Shown here one piece after another: positions 60,301 to 64,000 of a stretch of DNA of 64,000 nt (position 1 is the first letter of the stretch; every line of letters starts with the position of its first letter). The notes below the pieces were generated by a model that saw nothing but the letters and a program-made list of their open reading frames with translations, had not been told where the DNA came from and made no database searches. A program made the position numbers and the translations under genes. Source of the stretch: the human T2T-CHM13v2.0 reference genome, Homo sapiens; NCBI RefSeq assembly GCF_009914755.1, contig NC_060936.1; one strand, written 5' to 3'.

Positions 60301-61519
60301 GGGCTACCAAACAGTCAGAATATCCATTTTATTGCAACGAATCCTCCAGATTTAGAAAGTTCAAATTTACGGAATTTGACAAAATAGCCCCTACTTGTTT
60401 CATAAAATGTGTGCTGCTCTCTTATTGAGAGAAGTTCAACACTGTTTCTTGCAGAAGAAATATGTCAAAATTTGTGTTTTGCAATGAGCACTTTTTCCCA
60501 CCAGGATCATTCTGGTTCCAAATCAAAAAAGTCCAACTAAAATTAGTTTTTAAGTGAAAAAGAAAAATTGATAATGCAAATAACTTGGACTTCAAACATG
60601 ACAAGATCCAATGGCTCCAACATGTTATCAAAAAGCTTTGATCAGTCTCTCAACTCTCTCCATCCAGCTGCCACGTGACTGCCGGCAACCCCGTATTTCA
60701 TTGCCTCATCTTAGCAGTTTATTCATACAGCAAACACTTGGTGACACTGACTAGACCTGCTTTAATCACATGGCATTCCTCAACCATCGCTATGGTAAAA
60801 AGCTGGCTGCTGTGATGGGCACACATTGAATCACATGCCAACCCCATGGCCTGAGGTTTGGGCAACTATGATCAGAAGTTCTAATGAGACCACAAGGACT
60901 GAAGTAGTTTCCCCAAGAAAGGGAGGCTGGGCAGGCTGGCCAATAATCCAACACCTCTCCTATGGCTTCAGCACTGATCATCATCCCCTACACTCTTTTC
61001 TTTTCCTCTTTTTATGTTACTTTGTTCAATTATGTTTACGGCAGGGGTTCTAAAAGCTTGTGCTTATGCTCTCATCTCTCCTGGAACTTCCTTGCCTCAA
61101 ATATTTCTGACTGTCTGATCACATCTACAAGTTCCCCATAACACAAGATGCGACTGATCTAAGAACATGAATATATTTGAAGTTTTATGGGTTTTCCTAC
61201 TTCTTTATTATACACCTTGGATTTTAAGGTTGTTTTTCTCTACACACCACAAATGATCTCCTCTTGATGGAGAATATTAGTAGTGGAATGAACTGGGAAG
61301 ATCCATATCCCTTCATTTATTAAAAGAAATTTTAAAAATATCTTTCTGGGTTATCAGAGATAACAACCCCCACAACAAATTACCTCCTGCATATCAGATA
61401 CAATAATATCTGCCAGGCTGAGGAAATAGGTATGTTTTCCTTACCACAAGAGTTGTTTCTTTGAGTTTCTTGCAAGAGTTGTTGTTTTGGAAGGGGCAAG
61501 GTATTAACAGGAGGTGATT

Positions 61520-62075
61520 TGGTTATTTGTTGCTGTGCCACAAACTACCCCAAATTTAGCACCTTAAAATAATAAACACCTGTTACTTCACCATTTGTGT
61601 GGGTTAAGCATTCAGGAGCAGCTTAGCTGGGAGGCCCTGACTTATGGTCTCTCATGAAGTTGTGGTGGAGCTGTCAGCTAGAGCTGCAGTGACCTCAAGG
61701 CTCAGCAGGGGGAGATATATTCCCATGCTCATTCATAGTTGCTGGTGTCGGTCCTCAGTTCCTCGCTGTATAGACATAGGCTAAGTGTTCTCACAACGTG
61801 GTAAATGGGTTCACTCTCCCTAAGTTTCCCTATGACATGGCAACTGGATCCCCCACAGCAAGCTGTGATTCAAGAGAGGGCAAAAGAGTCCACCCACAAT
61901 GGAAATCCCAGTCTTTTTGTGACCTAATATCAGAGATGACATCTCATCACTTCGGCCATATTCTATGCAGTTGAAGCAAGTGCAGCCCATCATTCAAAGC
62001 CCCAGTAATGAAGCTCCTCTGCTTGAGGGGAGGAATACCAAATAATTTGTAGTCATATCTTTAAAATCATTACAG
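61520..62075 (-). mobile_element. MLT1-like LTR
   Basis: 'aaactaccccaaatttagcaccttaaaa', 'cagcttagctggg', 'cacttcggccatattct'. Confidence 0.7.
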
Positions 62076-63619
62076 GAGCACTGGCTCTCCGCATCAGAAA
62101 TTATGCTATGTGTCTGATAAAAATTAATACTTGCCTTGGCAGCATTATTTGCATACTATATTTTTTTAAGTGGGGATTTAGCTACAGTGAACCTTGAAAG
62201 GGATACTGAATGCCATGTGGTACTCACATTCATGGAACTGGGCCTTATATCTCCATCTTTGGAATGCAGCTGCTACCTGGAAGATCTTTCTGTGCTAGCA
62301 GCTTAAGCTGGAGGAGCTCCAGTGCACAAATCATAACAAGAGCCTGAGTGTAGAACTAATATCTATGAGGAGAGATGGGTTTCCCCAAGGGGAAAGAGTG
62401 AAGAACACATGATGAAGGGAAATGTGGGTAAAGTCCATGACGTTGAGGAGAAAAAATGCAGTGTTCTTTTAGGACACCTCCTTTTCAAAGACCTAAGACT
62501 TCCCACTACATTAAAGTTATCATCTTTATACTTCCCATGTACATCACTGTCCTTTAGAAAGACTTTCTGATTTAAATAACTACATGTTCCCTCCCAATAA
62601 TCTATTTATGTGATCTTTAACAGAGTGGGGACACAGTAGATATTCAGGGGAGAAGCAGTAAATATACCACATTATGCTGCAAGGACTCTGGTGTGAACAG
62701 AGCCCAAAATGGAAATATGATAGATTGTTGAAAGTGGAGAAAAGACATTAAAATGAGTGGAGAAGAAACCTGAAAGCGCCGCAGAGAATAAGACTAAAAT
62801 TTCCAAAGGCCTCTCAGGGAACAGCAGGTGACATATATCAAGAAAGAAAAAAGAAAAAGAAAGCTTATGACAACCAGGTTACAAATATTTGATTGATAGA
62901 CAAGGCGTGGGGGTCACCAATTCTACCTCGTACAACCAAAGATTGACTTGATCAAAAGAACCAAAAGAGTGTGATCAGAGTCAGCCTATTTTTCAACAAA
63001 GTCACAACAGAAATCTAGCATGGCTCTGTTAAGATGTTCTCAGCCCTCAGGAAAAGCAAGAAATAACCCAGCAAGAGCAAGAAAGAACCCAGCAGTTCAA
63101 ATATCCTCTCATCATTTGAGCACCTTAAGTCTTAATTCTTACCACTATTGAGAAGAACCATGTTTCCAAATAACAGGGCCACACACCTGTTTATAGGAGA
63201 AAGGCTCCAATTTTAACACAGTTATCTCTAAGAAAAGGTAATAAGAGATGTAATTATCATCTCTGTACAATATCAATTAGGAATCTTGTCATTGAATTTG
63301 GGAGAAAATCCTATTCCAAATGCCTTCAGGCGAGCTTAAGAAACACTGCAGGTTTATATGAGGCTATACACTGGGATCTGGCTCAAATTCTCTGTATCTG
63401 ATTGGGGACACAGCAAGATAGATTAGCATGGTAAGGGAACATTCTCCCCTGAGAAAAACTCTTCTGCCTCAATGTTATTGCCTGGCTGTCTTTGTGCTGG
63501 GCTTTTCCTGAGAACTCCAATAACAATTTCGCTTCTCAGTCTTTCCTCCTACAATCCCTAAAACTGTGAATCTTCCTCAGATTAGCTCTCTCCTCATGAA
63601 GCAACACAGGTATTCCAAG

Positions 63620-64000
63620 CTTCAGATATCTTTTCACCATTTGATTACCTTGTCTTAATTTTCTTATGTATTATTGCTAACTGTAGTCATCCTACACAGA
63701 ACACTAAGACTTAATCCTCCTATCTGGCTAGTACCCTTTAACAAATCTCTCCCTATTCCTCCCTTCCCCCTTCCCTTCCCAGCCTCTAGGATTCTTGGTT
63801 CTACTTTTTACTTCTATGGGATCAACTTTTTTTAGCTTCCATATGTGAGTGAGAACATGCAGCGTTTAATTTTTATGTTCCTGGCTTATTTCACTTAACA
63901 TAATGTCCTCCAGTTCCATCTGTGTTGCCACAAATGATAAGATTTCATTATTTTATGGCTGTATAATATTCCACTGTGTATGTATACCACAGTTTATCCA
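63620..64000 (-). mobile_element. L1 3' region running off the window end
   Basis: 'gagtgagaacatgcag', 'cctggcttatttcacttaacataatgtcctccagttccatc'. Confidence 0.85.

Overview
Primate (human-like) genomic DNA that I recognise as the distal end of the chr12p13.2 bitter taste receptor cluster. There are two intact coding genes: the intronless microprotein gene SMIM10L1 (+, 4564-4770, in a CpG island) and the intronless bitter receptor TAS2R42 (-, 19225-20169, 314 aa). Manual minus-strand translation shows three further co-oriented, disabled TAS2R loci: a TAS2R42 paralogue (12748-13694, most likely TAS2R67P), an Alu-interrupted TAS2R pseudogene (29321-30524), and a heavily decayed, internally deleted TAS2R relic (1746-2483) that the ORF track does not show. 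Three of the four TAS2R loci carry a perfect, same-orientation octamer (ATGCAAAT) 285-390 bp upstream of the ATG, a candidate POU2F3 taste-cell promoter element. The 3' side of the SMIM10L1 CpG island looks like a second, antisense promoter (TCTCGCGAGA, CCAAT, GC box, ETS-like site), consistent with the known long PRH1 read-through transcripts. The rest, especially beyond about 31 kb, is mostly Alu, L1, MaLR/ERV LTR, L2/MIR and simple repeats. These include a twin-primed L1PA, a near-full-length old L1, a two-LTR MST element and a solo LTR abutting a (GGAA)14 microsatellite. Repeat subfamily names come from recalled consensus features, not from a RepeatMasker run, and old-repeat boundaries are approximate.
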